Below are positions 19,133 through 28,564 of a stretch of 64,000 nt of DNA, piece by piece. The notes beneath the pieces are model-generated. The model was given only the letters and a program-made list of their open reading frames with translations, was not told the DNA's origin and made no database searches. Every line of letters starts with the position of its first letter. Position 1 is the first letter of the stretch. Position numbers and translations under genes: made by a program. Source of the stretch: Capsulimonadales bacterium (lineage in GTDB: Bacteria > Armatimonadota > Armatimonadia > Armatimonadales > Armatimonadaceae); NCBI GenBank assembly GCA_033762295.1, contig JANRLW010000018.1, positions 32,940 through 96,939 of the forward strand, read 5' to 3'.

Positions 19133-19815
19133 ACGCCCGACCGAACCTTGCGACGCCGGAGCGCCAGTCCCCAGCCCGCCCCGCACAGAATCAGCAAAAG
19201 CGACCCCGGTTCCGGCGCGGACGCCCCGCTGGCGGCGATTCGCAACTGGTACGATGTGCTGCCGGTAAAGGTCGGCGGACCGAACACCTCCCAGGTCAGA
19301 CCGGAGGTGGACGATCGAAGGATCGCTCCCTCACCCCCGGTCAGCACCGTCCCTTCGCCCAGGTTGCCCCCGTTGTTCGAATGGAACCAGAAGAAGTCGC
19401 TGCCGACCCCCTCCGCCGCGGTCGAACCGAGCACCGCCCAGTACTTACCGCCCGGATTGAGACCGGTCAGAATATTGGCGAACGTCAGAACCTGCGCGCC
19501 GGTGCCGACCGGGGTGGCGGTGACAAAGTTCGCCGGGACGATCGCCGGAGTTCCGGCAAAGTCGGCAAAAATGCCCAGACGCAGCGGGTCGGTCGTTTTG
19601 GCGTTGACCTGAATCGTCACATCGACGGAAGTATAGGCATTCGGCCCGTTCAAAAACGACTGCGCCAGAAGATTTCCGGAACTCAGAGAGACAAATCCGC
19701 TGCTGAAACCGTTGGCGCCGGGGAAGTTATCCACGATAATTTGCGCATGAGCCTTGCCGACGCCGAGCAAACAGAAGGCGACGCCGACAAAAACGGGAAA
19801 GGTTGCTTTTTTCAC
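19129..19815 (-). CDS. PEP-CTERM sorting domain surface protein
   Basis: Signal peptide (AHA-Q); C-terminal APEPGSLLLILCGAGWGLALRRRK; SD GGAGG. Confidence 0.9.
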   Translation of the reverse strand: MKKATFPVFVGVAFCLLGVGKAHAQIIVDNFPGANGFSSGFVSLSSGNLLAQSFLNGPNAYTSVDVTIQVNAKTTDPLRLGIFADFAGTPAIVPANFVTATPVGTGAQVLTFANILTGLNPGGKYWAVLGSTAAEGVGSDFFWFHSNNGGNLGEGTVLTGGEGAILRSSTSGLTWEVFGPPTFTGSTSYQLRIAASGASAPEPGSLLLILCGAGWGLALRRRKVRSGV

Positions 19816-20034
19816 GTTTTTCCTCCACCGTCATTATGGCCGAAGAGACCACGTATTTCAGGCGGTGTGCATTCTTTCACCGGAAAATCTCTCGCGTCGA
19901 ACCGGTCCGGTAAGGTCGGCGTCCGCCCGGTGCATCTGTGGTATCCTCGAAAAGGAATACAGGCATTCGTAAGGATCGTGCCGGCCGGACTCACTCCGGT
20001 GACGCAGGACGAATCTCATCGAGGAGGAGCAGGT

Positions 20035-20841
20035 ATGTCAGCCATTATTGAAGGCGTGACGATGGAACAGATCGCCGACTTCCATCGCAACGGGTTTATC
20101 GCTCTCGGGCCGATCACCGACGCGGCGGAACTGGAATGGATGCGCGGCGTCTACGACCGCATCTTTTCCGAACGCGCCGGGCGGGAGTCCGGCGATCAGT
20201 TCGATCTGGGCGGCACCGACGAGGAAGGTAAAGAGGCTGTCCTGCCGCAGATCCTGAACCCGTCCCGGTATGCTCCCGAACTCAGGGAAGGGAACTACCT
20301 GAAAAACGCCGACCGGATCGTCAAACAGCTTCTGGGACCGACCGCCTCCGTCGGCATCGCCCACGCCATTTTCAAACCGGCGGGCACCGGCGCGGCGACC
20401 CCCTGGCATCAGGACGAAGCCTACTGGGACCCGGCGCACCTCTACTATTCCGTCTCCGTCTGGATGCCGCTGCAGCCGGCGACGATCGACAACGGCTGCC
20501 TCTGGTTCGTTCCCGGAAGCCACCGATGGGATGTTCTCCCGCATCGCAGTATCGGCGGCGACCCGCGTATCCACGGTCTGGAGTTGGCGGTGCCCGATCC
20601 GGACGTTCTGCTCGCCGGCGCGGTCCCCTGCCCCCTCGAACCGGGCGGGATCACGATCCACCTGAACCGCACTCTGCACTATGCGGGCGCGAACACGTCG
20701 GATATCCCGCGCCGCGCATTGATCCTGGGCGCGGGCCTGCCCTCGCTTCTCCATCCCGGCGAACGGCGTTTCCCCTGGAACGAGGCCAAGATCACCCCGC
20801 GACAGGAGCGGGCGCGGGAAGCGGCCGGAGCCGCCCGGTAA
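20035..20841 (+). CDS. Phytanoyl-CoA dioxygenase (PhyH) family Fe/2OG dioxygenase
   Basis: FHRNGF, TPWHQDEAYW, NGCLWFVPGSH and TLHYAGAN; SD GAGGAGG. Confidence 0.9.
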   Translation: MSAIIEGVTMEQIADFHRNGFIALGPITDAAELEWMRGVYDRIFSERAGRESGDQFDLGGTDEEGKEAVLPQILNPSRYAPELREGNYLKNADRIVKQLLGPTASVGIAHAIFKPAGTGAATPWHQDEAYWDPAHLYYSVSVWMPLQPATIDNGCLWFVPGSHRWDVLPHRSIGGDPRIHGLELAVPDPDVLLAGAVPCPLEPGGITIHLNRTLHYAGANTSDIPRRALILGAGLPSLLHPGERRFPWNEAKITPRQERAREAAGAAR

Positions 20842-20846
20842 CCGCC

Positions 20847-23336
20847 TCAGTCCCAGTTCAGCGTCAGGACCGGACCGAAACGGCCCGAGCCGTGGAATAC
20901 CAGCGGGTCCGGTCCGACACTGACCAGATACAGAGTGACCGCCTGACCGGGATGGGAACGAACCCAACCGGTGACATCGAAGGTGACCGGCAGGACGGCC
21001 TTCCGAAGAGGATCGGCAGCGATCGGGACCGGATGGTTCGCTCCCGGCAGGGCGACGATCTTCGTCTCCGGTCGGTGCCCCGGCGCGTTCGACCAGGTCA
21101 CCTTCCCCGGTTGCCAGAGACCTCCCCCCTCGACACCGGCCACCACGACACCGGCCAGCCTGCCCGCATCGGGGCGCGGCGCACGAAAAACGACCGGATC
21201 GAGACGCAGGGTCAATAACGCGGAGACGGGCGGCTTTTTCCGGTCGAAATCCGGGACGATGAAGCGCAACAGCGCCGCCTGGCGAATCTCTCCTCCCGGA
21301 TCGGTCCGGGTACGAAGCCGTTTCTCCCCTCCGAAGTTGCTTTCCGGCAGGTCACTGTCGACGGTCAGAGCGGCCGTGGCCGGAACGGTCTGTCGGTCCC
21401 GGACCCGCCCGTAGACCGCAAGTACGCCGGTCCGTGTCGGAACAAAGACCTTGCCGCCCGCCACGGTCGGCGCGACATCGGACGGCAGATCGCCCGGGCT
21501 GTCCGCTCCCGACGGGTCCTCTACGCTCGACCAGACCGATCTCAGCGTTGCCCCGTCGGCGTTTCCGGACGGGAGAGCGGCATAGGCGCGAAGAACCCCG
21601 CCGTCCGAACGCGGGTCCCGCTCCTCGCCGGAAAGCAGCGCCCAGAGGAGACCTGAAGACGCTTTCCCGCCATTGGCCGACAGGGCAAGGTTCACCCGTC
21701 GCGGGGCGGGCGTTCCCTCCGCCGTCAGACCGGCCGACGCGACCTCCGCCCAGCGACCGTTTCCACGCCTCAGCAACGCGAGATCGTTATCGGAGGAGCG
21801 CAGATACAGAAGATCGGCGTCCCCGGAGCGTGACCAGCAGACGGGTGTTGTCGGGAACTCCGGTGCGTCACCGGGGCGCAGGGGGACCGGTTCGACGGCG
21901 GGGTTGGTCTTCGGAACGAACGCCCCCAGGCGACCGCCGGAAATCGAATAAAAAGCGTCTCCGAGTCCGGTCGTCAAAACGACGCTTTTACCGCCCGCAT
22001 CGGGGGGCAGGAGGACGACGCCCGCCGCCCCGGACGAATTGGTATTCCCCGATAGCCGCCGCTGATCCGGGGGCGTCAAGTAGTCGGCGACGAAGATGCG
22101 GCCACCGACGGGACGTGTCAGGCGAAGCAGCGTGTTGCCGTAATCGTTTCCCAGCGTCAGATTTCCCTGATCGTCCTGCCGGGTGAACGGCCCGCGCCCG
22201 GTCACGACATAAACCTCGCCCCGGGCGTCGGCGGCGGGGCCGACGCCGCCCATCCCGATTCCCGCCGCGACCGGGTTCGCAAGACGCAGTCCGAAGGGAT
22301 CGTCGATTCGTGGTCGGACCGTCACGGCGTCCGGCGAAGTGCAGAAGACCCCTAACCGTCGGAGAGAGCCGGCGTCATAGGCGAACAACCAGCCATGCGT
22401 CGCCTCAAACCCCCGCAGGTTCCGAACCGTGCCGAAGGCGTCCGCGTCGAACACACTGGCGTACTCGGGACCGGCGCAGGGCATATCCCGTCGTCCATCG
22501 AAGGCCACATAGAGGATTCCGCGGTCGAGCAACAAGCCCGCCCGTTGCAGATGATGATACGGACGAAAGACGACCGTTTTGCCGTTGCTGCCGTCGCCCT
22601 TCCCCGGAACGCCCCCGGCGATCTCGACCGGCTTGCGGGCGACCGCGCCCGTGGCGACATGGAGCGCATGCAACTGATAACGGTAACGGATCGAACCGCC
22701 CGACCGGGTCGCCGTCGCCGCCACCACATAAATCAGCCCCGTTTGCACGTCGATGACCGGCGTTCCCGTAATTCCGATGCGCGGAGCGACGTCCCGAAAC
22801 GGCGTCATCAGGGGAACCTTGACCGTGTTCAGGACCGGTTCGAACGCGGCCGGAATCGGCAGTCGCAGGGAGGTACGGAGAACATAGGCCAGCGGAAAAC
22901 GGACGGTGACGGTGAAAACGGACGAAGGGATGGCCGGACCGAGGTTTTTGACCCAGATCGGCAAAGTGTCAGGACCGACCGCGGCGTCGGCGTCAAACGC
23001 ATAGACGGAGTTATTGCCCGTCGCGACAAACACGAGGTTGCGCCGTCCCTTCCCCGGCACCGGTACGTCGGGCAGGTAGAGCGGTTGGGCGTAGATGGCC
23101 CCGTCGACCGGACGGACACTGCGTTTTCCGAACCGAAGCTTCCCTGACCGTTCCGCGGCGACGGACTCCGGAGTCAGTTCGGTTTCCCGCAGGTTCGCGC
23201 CGGATCGCCGGTTATCGAAGCGATGGGTCGCGACGACAGGCCGGTCCGGCGTGGGTGTCTGCGGACGAACCGCCGGAGAGGAAACGAGAAACAGACAAAG
23301 CGTAACGACAAAAAAACGCAAACGATCCACCCTCAA
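20847..23336 (-). CDS. Large secreted PQQ-like beta-propeller protein with C-terminal DNRLRE/CBM-like domain
   Basis: Signal peptide; RSGANLRETELTP, DGAIYAQPLY, VATGNNSVYAFDAD, GITGTPVID and PTVAGGKVFV; C-terminal SNFG...LLRF...FDVTGWV. Confidence 0.7.
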   Translation of the reverse strand: MRVDRLRFFVVTLCLFLVSSPAVRPQTPTPDRPVVATHRFDNRRSGANLRETELTPESVAAERSGKLRFGKRSVRPVDGAIYAQPLYLPDVPVPGKGRRNLVFVATGNNSVYAFDADAAVGPDTLPIWVKNLGPAIPSSVFTVTVRFPLAYVLRTSLRLPIPAAFEPVLNTVKVPLMTPFRDVAPRIGITGTPVIDVQTGLIYVVAATATRSGGSIRYRYQLHALHVATGAVARKPVEIAGGVPGKGDGSNGKTVVFRPYHHLQRAGLLLDRGILYVAFDGRRDMPCAGPEYASVFDADAFGTVRNLRGFEATHGWLFAYDAGSLRRLGVFCTSPDAVTVRPRIDDPFGLRLANPVAAGIGMGGVGPAADARGEVYVVTGRGPFTRQDDQGNLTLGNDYGNTLLRLTRPVGGRIFVADYLTPPDQRRLSGNTNSSGAAGVVLLPPDAGGKSVVLTTGLGDAFYSISGGRLGAFVPKTNPAVEPVPLRPGDAPEFPTTPVCWSRSGDADLLYLRSSDNDLALLRRGNGRWAEVASAGLTAEGTPAPRRVNLALSANGGKASSGLLWALLSGEERDPRSDGGVLRAYAALPSGNADGATLRSVWSSVEDPSGADSPGDLPSDVAPTVAGGKVFVPTRTGVLAVYGRVRDRQTVPATAALTVDSDLPESNFGGEKRLRTRTDPGGEIRQAALLRFIVPDFDRKKPPVSALLTLRLDPVVFRAPRPDAGRLAGVVVAGVEGGGLWQPGKVTWSNAPGHRPETKIVALPGANHPVPIAADPLRKAVLPVTFDVTGWVRSHPGQAVTLYLVSVGPDPLVFHGSGRFGPVLTLNWD

Positions 23337-23439
23337 TGGCGTCTCTTTCCTTCGGAGTGACGATGCGGGGACATTTTACCGGAAACGACGGAGGTTGTCT
23401 GCCGTGTCTCGTTTCCGCCCGTGTTATAATGCGGCGTCT

Positions 23440-25350
23440 ATGTCACCGAATTCTCGAAACGAGCGGAGTTCCTTCGGAAGTCGCCGCCGCTTCCTGCGCT
23501 CGCTCGCGGGAGGGACGCTGCTCCTTTCCTTTCGGCCGACGCCCGCTCACTCCGCCGCGGGACTCGGAACGTACCGTGATCTGCTCGACCGCGCCCTGAC
23601 CTCGATGGAGCAGGGGGATCATGCGGCCGCGCTCTCTCCGCTGAAAGAGGCCCTGCTTCAGGACCGGACCGAAGCATGCGGTCTTCTGGCGCTCGGAACC
23701 CTCTATCTGCACACCGGCAGCGCGACCCGGGCGCACCAGGAATTCCGCCGCGTTCACCTTTCCTTTCCGAAGGACGAACTGGCCCGGTGGGGCCTGTGCC
23801 TGTCGACTTTCGGGAAAATCCCCTTCGTCGGCAACGAGACGGCTTCCGGGAAGGCCTCGCCGGACGACGAGCCGGAAATTCCCGAGTCGGAGATTCCCGA
23901 GCCTCTTTCCCTGCTTTTTCAGGAGTACCGTATCCTGATGAGCGGCAAGCCCGAACCGGTGCGCAACGCGACCTCGTATGTGACGACCGGGGAAAAGGAT
24001 CTTCTGCGACTGGAGATCGCGGGGTTCGCCGCGCTGCGCAGCGGCGATACGGAACGGGGCCTTTCCCTGCTGCGAACCCTGACCGAGCACCCGTCGATGC
24101 GCCCTCTGGCGGAGGATCGAGCGCTCCTGTTCTCCTTTCTGCCGGAGGCGCCGACGCAGCCGGGCGCACCGACTCTCCCGTCCGCCATCGGTCTGCCGGA
24201 GCCCAAAACGACCGCCACCATCTCCGGCGCGGTCCGATTGACGCCTCCCCAGCCGCTTCCGGACGGTGTGGCTTTTGTTGCCTACGATGTCCGGGGCGGG
24301 GGTGGTTACACGGCCAGCACGAACTACTCGCCATTCACCGCCGAATGGAATTCGACACGGTTCCCGAACGGCCTGTATCTGATCCGGGCGGTGGCCTATG
24401 ACACCAACGGTCGGGAGTTACGGACCGCGGAACGCGCCGTCACCGTCGCAAACCGGGCCGCGCCGCTGTCCCGCTCGCTCACTTCGGACGCCCGCCGGGA
24501 GTTCCGTGAACGTCTGCTCCGACTTCTGACTCCGCGACCGACCCGCAAAGCCGCCCACTACGCCCTGGCACAGGCGGCCGCCCGACGCGGAGACGAGGCG
24601 ACCGCCCTTCGCCATATCGAATCGGTGGTCGCCATCGACCCGCTGTACCAGAATGCCCGGGCGTCTCTCCGGGAGTACAACCGGGAGGTCATCGGCAAAT
24701 GCGCTCCGATCTGGCGCGCCGTCACCCGGGAGAAACTGGTCGCCCTGACCTTCGACGACGGCCCGCATCCGGTTCACACCCCGACCCTTCTCGATGCGCT
24801 CCGGGCGGCGAACGCGGTGGCGACCTTTTTCGTTGTCGGGATTCGTGCCGAAGCGGTGCCGGAAATGCTGCGACGGATGGCGAACGACGGGCATGAACTG
24901 GCGAACCACTCCTACTCGCACCCCAACCTGACCTTCCTGCCGCGGACCGGGATCGAACGCGAGTTATGCCGTACCTCCTGTATCGTGCGGGAAGCGATCG
25001 GGAAACGCCCCCGGTTCTACCGGCCGCCGGGCGGGAACGTTAACCGGATGGTCAGCGACGTCGCCGAAACTCTCGGGATGGCCGGGGCCTACTGGACATT
25101 GGACGGCCTGCGCTACGAACGTCCGCCGTTTTCGGCGAAGCACCTGACGAAATACCTTCTGGACCACGTCCGTCCGGGCGCGATCCTGCTCCTGCATAAC
25201 GCTCCGGCGAACACGATCGCGGCCATCCCGGAGATCGTCCGAGGTCTTCGGGCGAAGGGTTACACCCCGGTCACGATGAGCGAACTGGCGCGCCGCGCCC
25301 GTCCCGCCCCTCCGGATGAAAACTTCCGACCCTCGACCATGCGCGAATAG
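23440..25350 (+). CDS. Tat-exported TPR/Ig-like/NodB polysaccharide deacetylase
   Basis: SRRRFL Tat motif; TPR-like helices; WNSTRFPNGLYLIRAVAYD Ig-like segment; TFDDGP, HELANHSYSHP, RPPGG and LLHN (CE4). Confidence 0.85.
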   Translation: MSPNSRNERSSFGSRRRFLRSLAGGTLLLSFRPTPAHSAAGLGTYRDLLDRALTSMEQGDHAAALSPLKEALLQDRTEACGLLALGTLYLHTGSATRAHQEFRRVHLSFPKDELARWGLCLSTFGKIPFVGNETASGKASPDDEPEIPESEIPEPLSLLFQEYRILMSGKPEPVRNATSYVTTGEKDLLRLEIAGFAALRSGDTERGLSLLRTLTEHPSMRPLAEDRALLFSFLPEAPTQPGAPTLPSAIGLPEPKTTATISGAVRLTPPQPLPDGVAFVAYDVRGGGGYTASTNYSPFTAEWNSTRFPNGLYLIRAVAYDTNGRELRTAERAVTVANRAAPLSRSLTSDARREFRERLLRLLTPRPTRKAAHYALAQAAARRGDEATALRHIESVVAIDPLYQNARASLREYNREVIGKCAPIWRAVTREKLVALTFDDGPHPVHTPTLLDALRAANAVATFFVVGIRAEAVPEMLRRMANDGHELANHSYSHPNLTFLPRTGIERELCRTSCIVREAIGKRPRFYRPPGGNVNRMVSDVAETLGMAGAYWTLDGLRYERPPFSAKHLTKYLLDHVRPGAILLLHNAPANTIAAIPEIVRGLRAKGYTPVTMSELARRARPAPPDENFRPSTMRE

Positions 25351-25380
25351 GTCGTCCGTACGGCGTTCCGAACGACGGCT

Positions 25381-25818
25381 TCACGCCGCGTCCCGGTTTT
25401 CGACCACCGCCTTCCGTACCGATTCGATACGGAGCGCCATCGCGACCCCGGTCAGGCAGACCGCGGCCAGCAGGGCATCGAGATTCAGCAGCAGTTCGTC
25501 CCAGCGGAAGGCGCGGTTCCCGATCCCATACCGGTTGCTGTCGAGGGCCAGCAGAATCAGAACGGCCCAGAGAATGAGGGCATTTCCGGGATGGGGATTC
25601 GGGATCGGAATATCGGATGCGCGACGCGCCACGACGAAAAGGACGCCGAGGGCGATTCCGGCAAAGATCGTCGTAATCGCCGCGAAGATCCCGAAACTGA
25701 TGACGAAATCCATCGGCGGTTCACCTCCCTGAAGCGAACGGCGTCGCCACTGGAGCGCCGCCCACTGCAGGGCGAACCCGATGACGAAATACAGCGCCCA
25801 GATAACTCCCTTCGACAT
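25381..25818 (-). CDS. Hypothetical membrane protein (about 4 TM)
   Basis: Hydrophobic segments; SD GGAGG; directly downstream of the PhyH gene. Confidence 0.65.
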   Translation of the reverse strand: MSKGVIWALYFVIGFALQWAALQWRRRSLQGGEPPMDFVISFGIFAAITTIFAGIALGVLFVVARRASDIPIPNPHPGNALILWAVLILLALDSNRYGIGNRAFRWDELLLNLDALLAAVCLTGVAMALRIESVRKAVVENRDAA

Positions 25819-25835
25819 CGAAACGACCCTCCATC

Positions 25836-26582
25836 CTAAGGAACCGGTCTACGGACCAGCGGAAACGTCGCATGCTTTTGCAATACGCTGACGTGCGGAA
25901 TCCCCTCGTAGAACGGATTGTTCTGATAATGGCAGACGATATTCGATCTTTCCGTCGTCGGATCGGCTTTGGAACCTTTGTGGGGAATATGGGAGAAAAA
26001 GATCACGCAATCTCCCGCCTTCGGGAAAACGACCTCCGTCTCCAGCGACTCGGCCCAGGCATTGAACGCCGCTTCGGAGATCGGCCAGCCGCCGGCGCGG
26101 GTGATGTCCACCGGCGGCGCGATCCGATGCCCGCCTTTTACATAGGTCAACTGCGCGACTCCGGGACCGTTATCCTGAAAATAGAAGGTCGTGTTGATTC
26201 CGGTAGCCCGGGAGGCGTACGGCGCGGTATCGTCCTGCTGCCAGTATCCGTAGAAATCGAGGTGCCATTCCTGATCGTACGGACCGGGATTGATATGTCC
26301 CCGCAGAGAACGAAGCTGACACTGCGGCCCGAACAGAGCATCCAGGTACGGTCGAACGCTCGGATGTCCGACCAGGGGTCCGAACACCTCGGGCATCCGG
26401 TCAAGGAGCGAGTCGAACCACATATTGCCGACGTGGTTGAGTCCCTCCTCCCAGCCGTTGCTGCGTGCGGTATTCAGTGCGACCCGGCAACGCTCGGTCT
26501 CCTCCGGCGTCAACGCCCCCGGAAGCAGCAGCCAGCCTTTTTCCTCGAAAGTCGCCAGGTCCTCGGCGATAATCCGGTTCAT
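25836..26582 (-). CDS. PhyH family dioxygenase
   Basis: FEEKGW, WHLDF, YVKGGH and AGDCVIFFSHIPHKG. Start moved to ATG 26582 because ATG 26654 lies only 2 nt from the -10 box. Confidence 0.85.
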   Translation of the reverse strand: MNRIIAEDLATFEEKGWLLLPGALTPEETERCRVALNTARSNGWEEGLNHVGNMWFDSLLDRMPEVFGPLVGHPSVRPYLDALFGPQCQLRSLRGHINPGPYDQEWHLDFYGYWQQDDTAPYASRATGINTTFYFQDNGPGVAQLTYVKGGHRIAPPVDITRAGGWPISEAAFNAWAESLETEVVFPKAGDCVIFFSHIPHKGSKADPTTERSNIVCHYQNNPFYEGIPHVSVLQKHATFPLVRRPVP

Positions 26583-26656
26583 GGAAAGCCCCTTCGTCCG
26601 GGCGTCACCCGACGGGGCGATTCGACCGGCAATGTCTCTTTCGTCTACTGACATTC

Positions 26657-26685
26657 ATTGTAGTTAACCGCCTTTTGCCTGTCAA
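26657..26685 (-). promoter_or_regulatory. Sigma70-type promoter TTGACA-17-TACAAT
   Basis: tgtcaa 26680-26685 and attgta 26657-26662 on the + strand. Confidence 0.7.
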
Positions 26686-26706
26686 CACGAAACAAGCGTC
26701 CGACGC

Positions 26707-26736
26707 TTGACACCGAAGGTTCGGTGTCGTTATAAT
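26707..26736 (+). promoter_or_regulatory. Sigma70-type promoter TTGACA-18-TATAAT overlapped by a palindrome
   Basis: TTGACA 26707-26712, TATAAT 26731-26736; GACACCGAA-GG-TTCGGTGTC at 26709-26728. Confidence 0.7.
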
Positions 26737-26780
26737 TTCCGGGCGTTCAAACATATTTCGCGCCCTGGAAGCCGGACGAG

Positions 26781-27581
26781 ATGCCGGAACGACCACCGGA
26801 AACGGGCGCTGCGGACGAAATCGGGGAAATCGGGGAAGCGGAGAAGGCGATCCGGGTATGCGATCGGCTCGATGCGGAGTACGGAACGCCGGTCTGGCGG
26901 TCGCATGGGGAACCGCTGGGGACGCTGATCGGGACGATCCTTTCGCAGCATACCTCCGACAGGAATAGCGGGCGGGCCTACGATCAACTGCGCCGCGCTT
27001 TCCCGACCTGGGATGCCGTGCGGACGGCTCCGATCCCGGAGATCGCCGAAGCGATCCGTTCGGGCGGACTGGCCGAGGTCAAGGCGCCGCGGATCCGCGC
27101 GGTTCTGGAACGGCTTTATGAGCGCGAAGGCAAAACGACGCTCGATTTTCTGGAACGGATGCCGACCGGGGAGGCGAAGGCGTACCTGACCGGTTTTCCG
27201 GGCGTCGGCCCGAAAACGACGGCCTGCGTCCTGATGTTTTCGCTGGGGCGACCGGTTCTGCCGGTGGATACGCACGTCTTTCGCGTGTCGCATCGCCTGG
27301 GACTGATACCGAAACGGCTGGGGGAAGCGAAAGCGCACGAGGTCCTGCAGGCTCTTCTGCCGGACGACCGGGTGTATGCGTTTCACGTCCATCTGATCCG
27401 GCACGGACGCCGGGTCTGTACGGCGTCCCTCCCGCGTTGCGGGGCCTGTGTCCTGTCCGAGCGTTGCGACTATTTCCGAAGCGGCGCGGCATCCGCTTCC
27501 GTCGCCCCGGCGAGGGGGGCGACCGCGCCCGGATCGGATTCGGCGGAGACGCTGCACGGGTTGCCGTCGTCGGCGGAGTGA
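26781..27581 (+). CDS. nth: Endonuclease III-like HhH-GPD DNA glycosylase with [4Fe-4S] cluster
   Basis: TILSQHTSD, GVGPKT, PVDTHV and CTASLPRCGACVLSERC (C-X6-C-X2-C-X5-C). Confidence 0.8.
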   Translation: MPERPPETGAADEIGEIGEAEKAIRVCDRLDAEYGTPVWRSHGEPLGTLIGTILSQHTSDRNSGRAYDQLRRAFPTWDAVRTAPIPEIAEAIRSGGLAEVKAPRIRAVLERLYEREGKTTLDFLERMPTGEAKAYLTGFPGVGPKTTACVLMFSLGRPVLPVDTHVFRVSHRLGLIPKRLGEAKAHEVLQALLPDDRVYAFHVHLIRHGRRVCTASLPRCGACVLSERCDYFRSGAASASVAPARGATAPGSDSAETLHGLPSSAE

Positions 27582-27776
27582 CGCCGGGGGAACGTGTCGG
27601 GGTAACTTTCGGTAGGCCGGAGACGTATATCCTGCAGGAAAGGATGGCGTCGCCGCGCCTGAGACAGGAATCGCCTGACGTTCCGGCGAATAGTGTCCGG
27701 ACGACCGGTGGCTTTCGGGTCGGACCGGCGAAAAATTGTGTCCTTTCCGTCTTCGGGCGAACAGGGGAAAACACCG

Positions 27777-28475
27777 ATGATGAGAACGGGGATTCGGGCC
27801 GGCCTTCCGGCGGCAGGTCTGCTGGCGGGGATTGTGGGGACGATGGCGTGCGCGGGAGCGCAGACCGCGGCGGTGCGGAGCAAAACCGCGCCGGGCGGCA
27901 AGCCGCCGCTCAGCATCACGAGAGCGAATCTGGCGCAGCAGGCGGCGTTCACGGTCGTACAGACACTGGCGCCGAAAGGCGGCGACAAGCTGGTTCGAAC
28001 CTACACGGTTCGGGTAAAAGGCAACAAGGCACGGATGGACTACGACGACCCGTCGATGGGTTCGGTGCGTTATCTTGCCAACGAAAAAGGCGTCTTTTTC
28101 TACATACCGGCGAATCGGAGCGCGATGAAGCAAACACTCAAAGGCGGAGTCGAAGGGGCATTGAAAGTCGCATTTGCGCAGTACGCCACTCAACTGGCGG
28201 GCGCGCGGAAGATCGGCGTCGCGACCGTTTCCGGTCAGCCGACCACCGTGTACAAGGAAGCGCAGAGCGGCGCGACGATTTACCTGGGCACTCGACCGGG
28301 GTTTCGCCTGCCGGTCAAGGCGGTCATCGACAACGAAGGGGGGACTTCCACCTTCCTGGTGACCGATATTAAGTTGAATGTTCCGCTGAAGGAGGATCTG
28401 TTCGCTCTTCCGGCCGGGACGCAGATCATGGAATCGAGCGGAGGCGACCCGGCGTTTCCGGGAGTCGCCCCCTGA
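27777..28475 (+). CDS. Exported LolA-like/DUF4412-like fold protein
   Basis: Signal peptide; VKGNKARMD and C-terminal DIKLNVPLKEDLFALPAG are typical of LolA-fold proteins. Confidence 0.6.
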   Translation: MMRTGIRAGLPAAGLLAGIVGTMACAGAQTAAVRSKTAPGGKPPLSITRANLAQQAAFTVVQTLAPKGGDKLVRTYTVRVKGNKARMDYDDPSMGSVRYLANEKGVFFYIPANRSAMKQTLKGGVEGALKVAFAQYATQLAGARKIGVATVSGQPTTVYKEAQSGATIYLGTRPGFRLPVKAVIDNEGGTSTFLVTDIKLNVPLKEDLFALPAGTQIMESSGGDPAFPGVAP

Positions 28476-28564
28476 GGATGACCACCGCGAGGATTCGATG
28501 TCGGTTCGAGGCAGAAAGACGCCTTCCCCTTTCGTATCGGGGTAATTTTGACGGAGGAATGATA

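Noticed and set aside
19381..20034. N-terminal extension of the PhyH ORF
   Set aside because: Overlaps the PEP-CTERM gene on the opposite strand; a strong SD supports ATG 20035.
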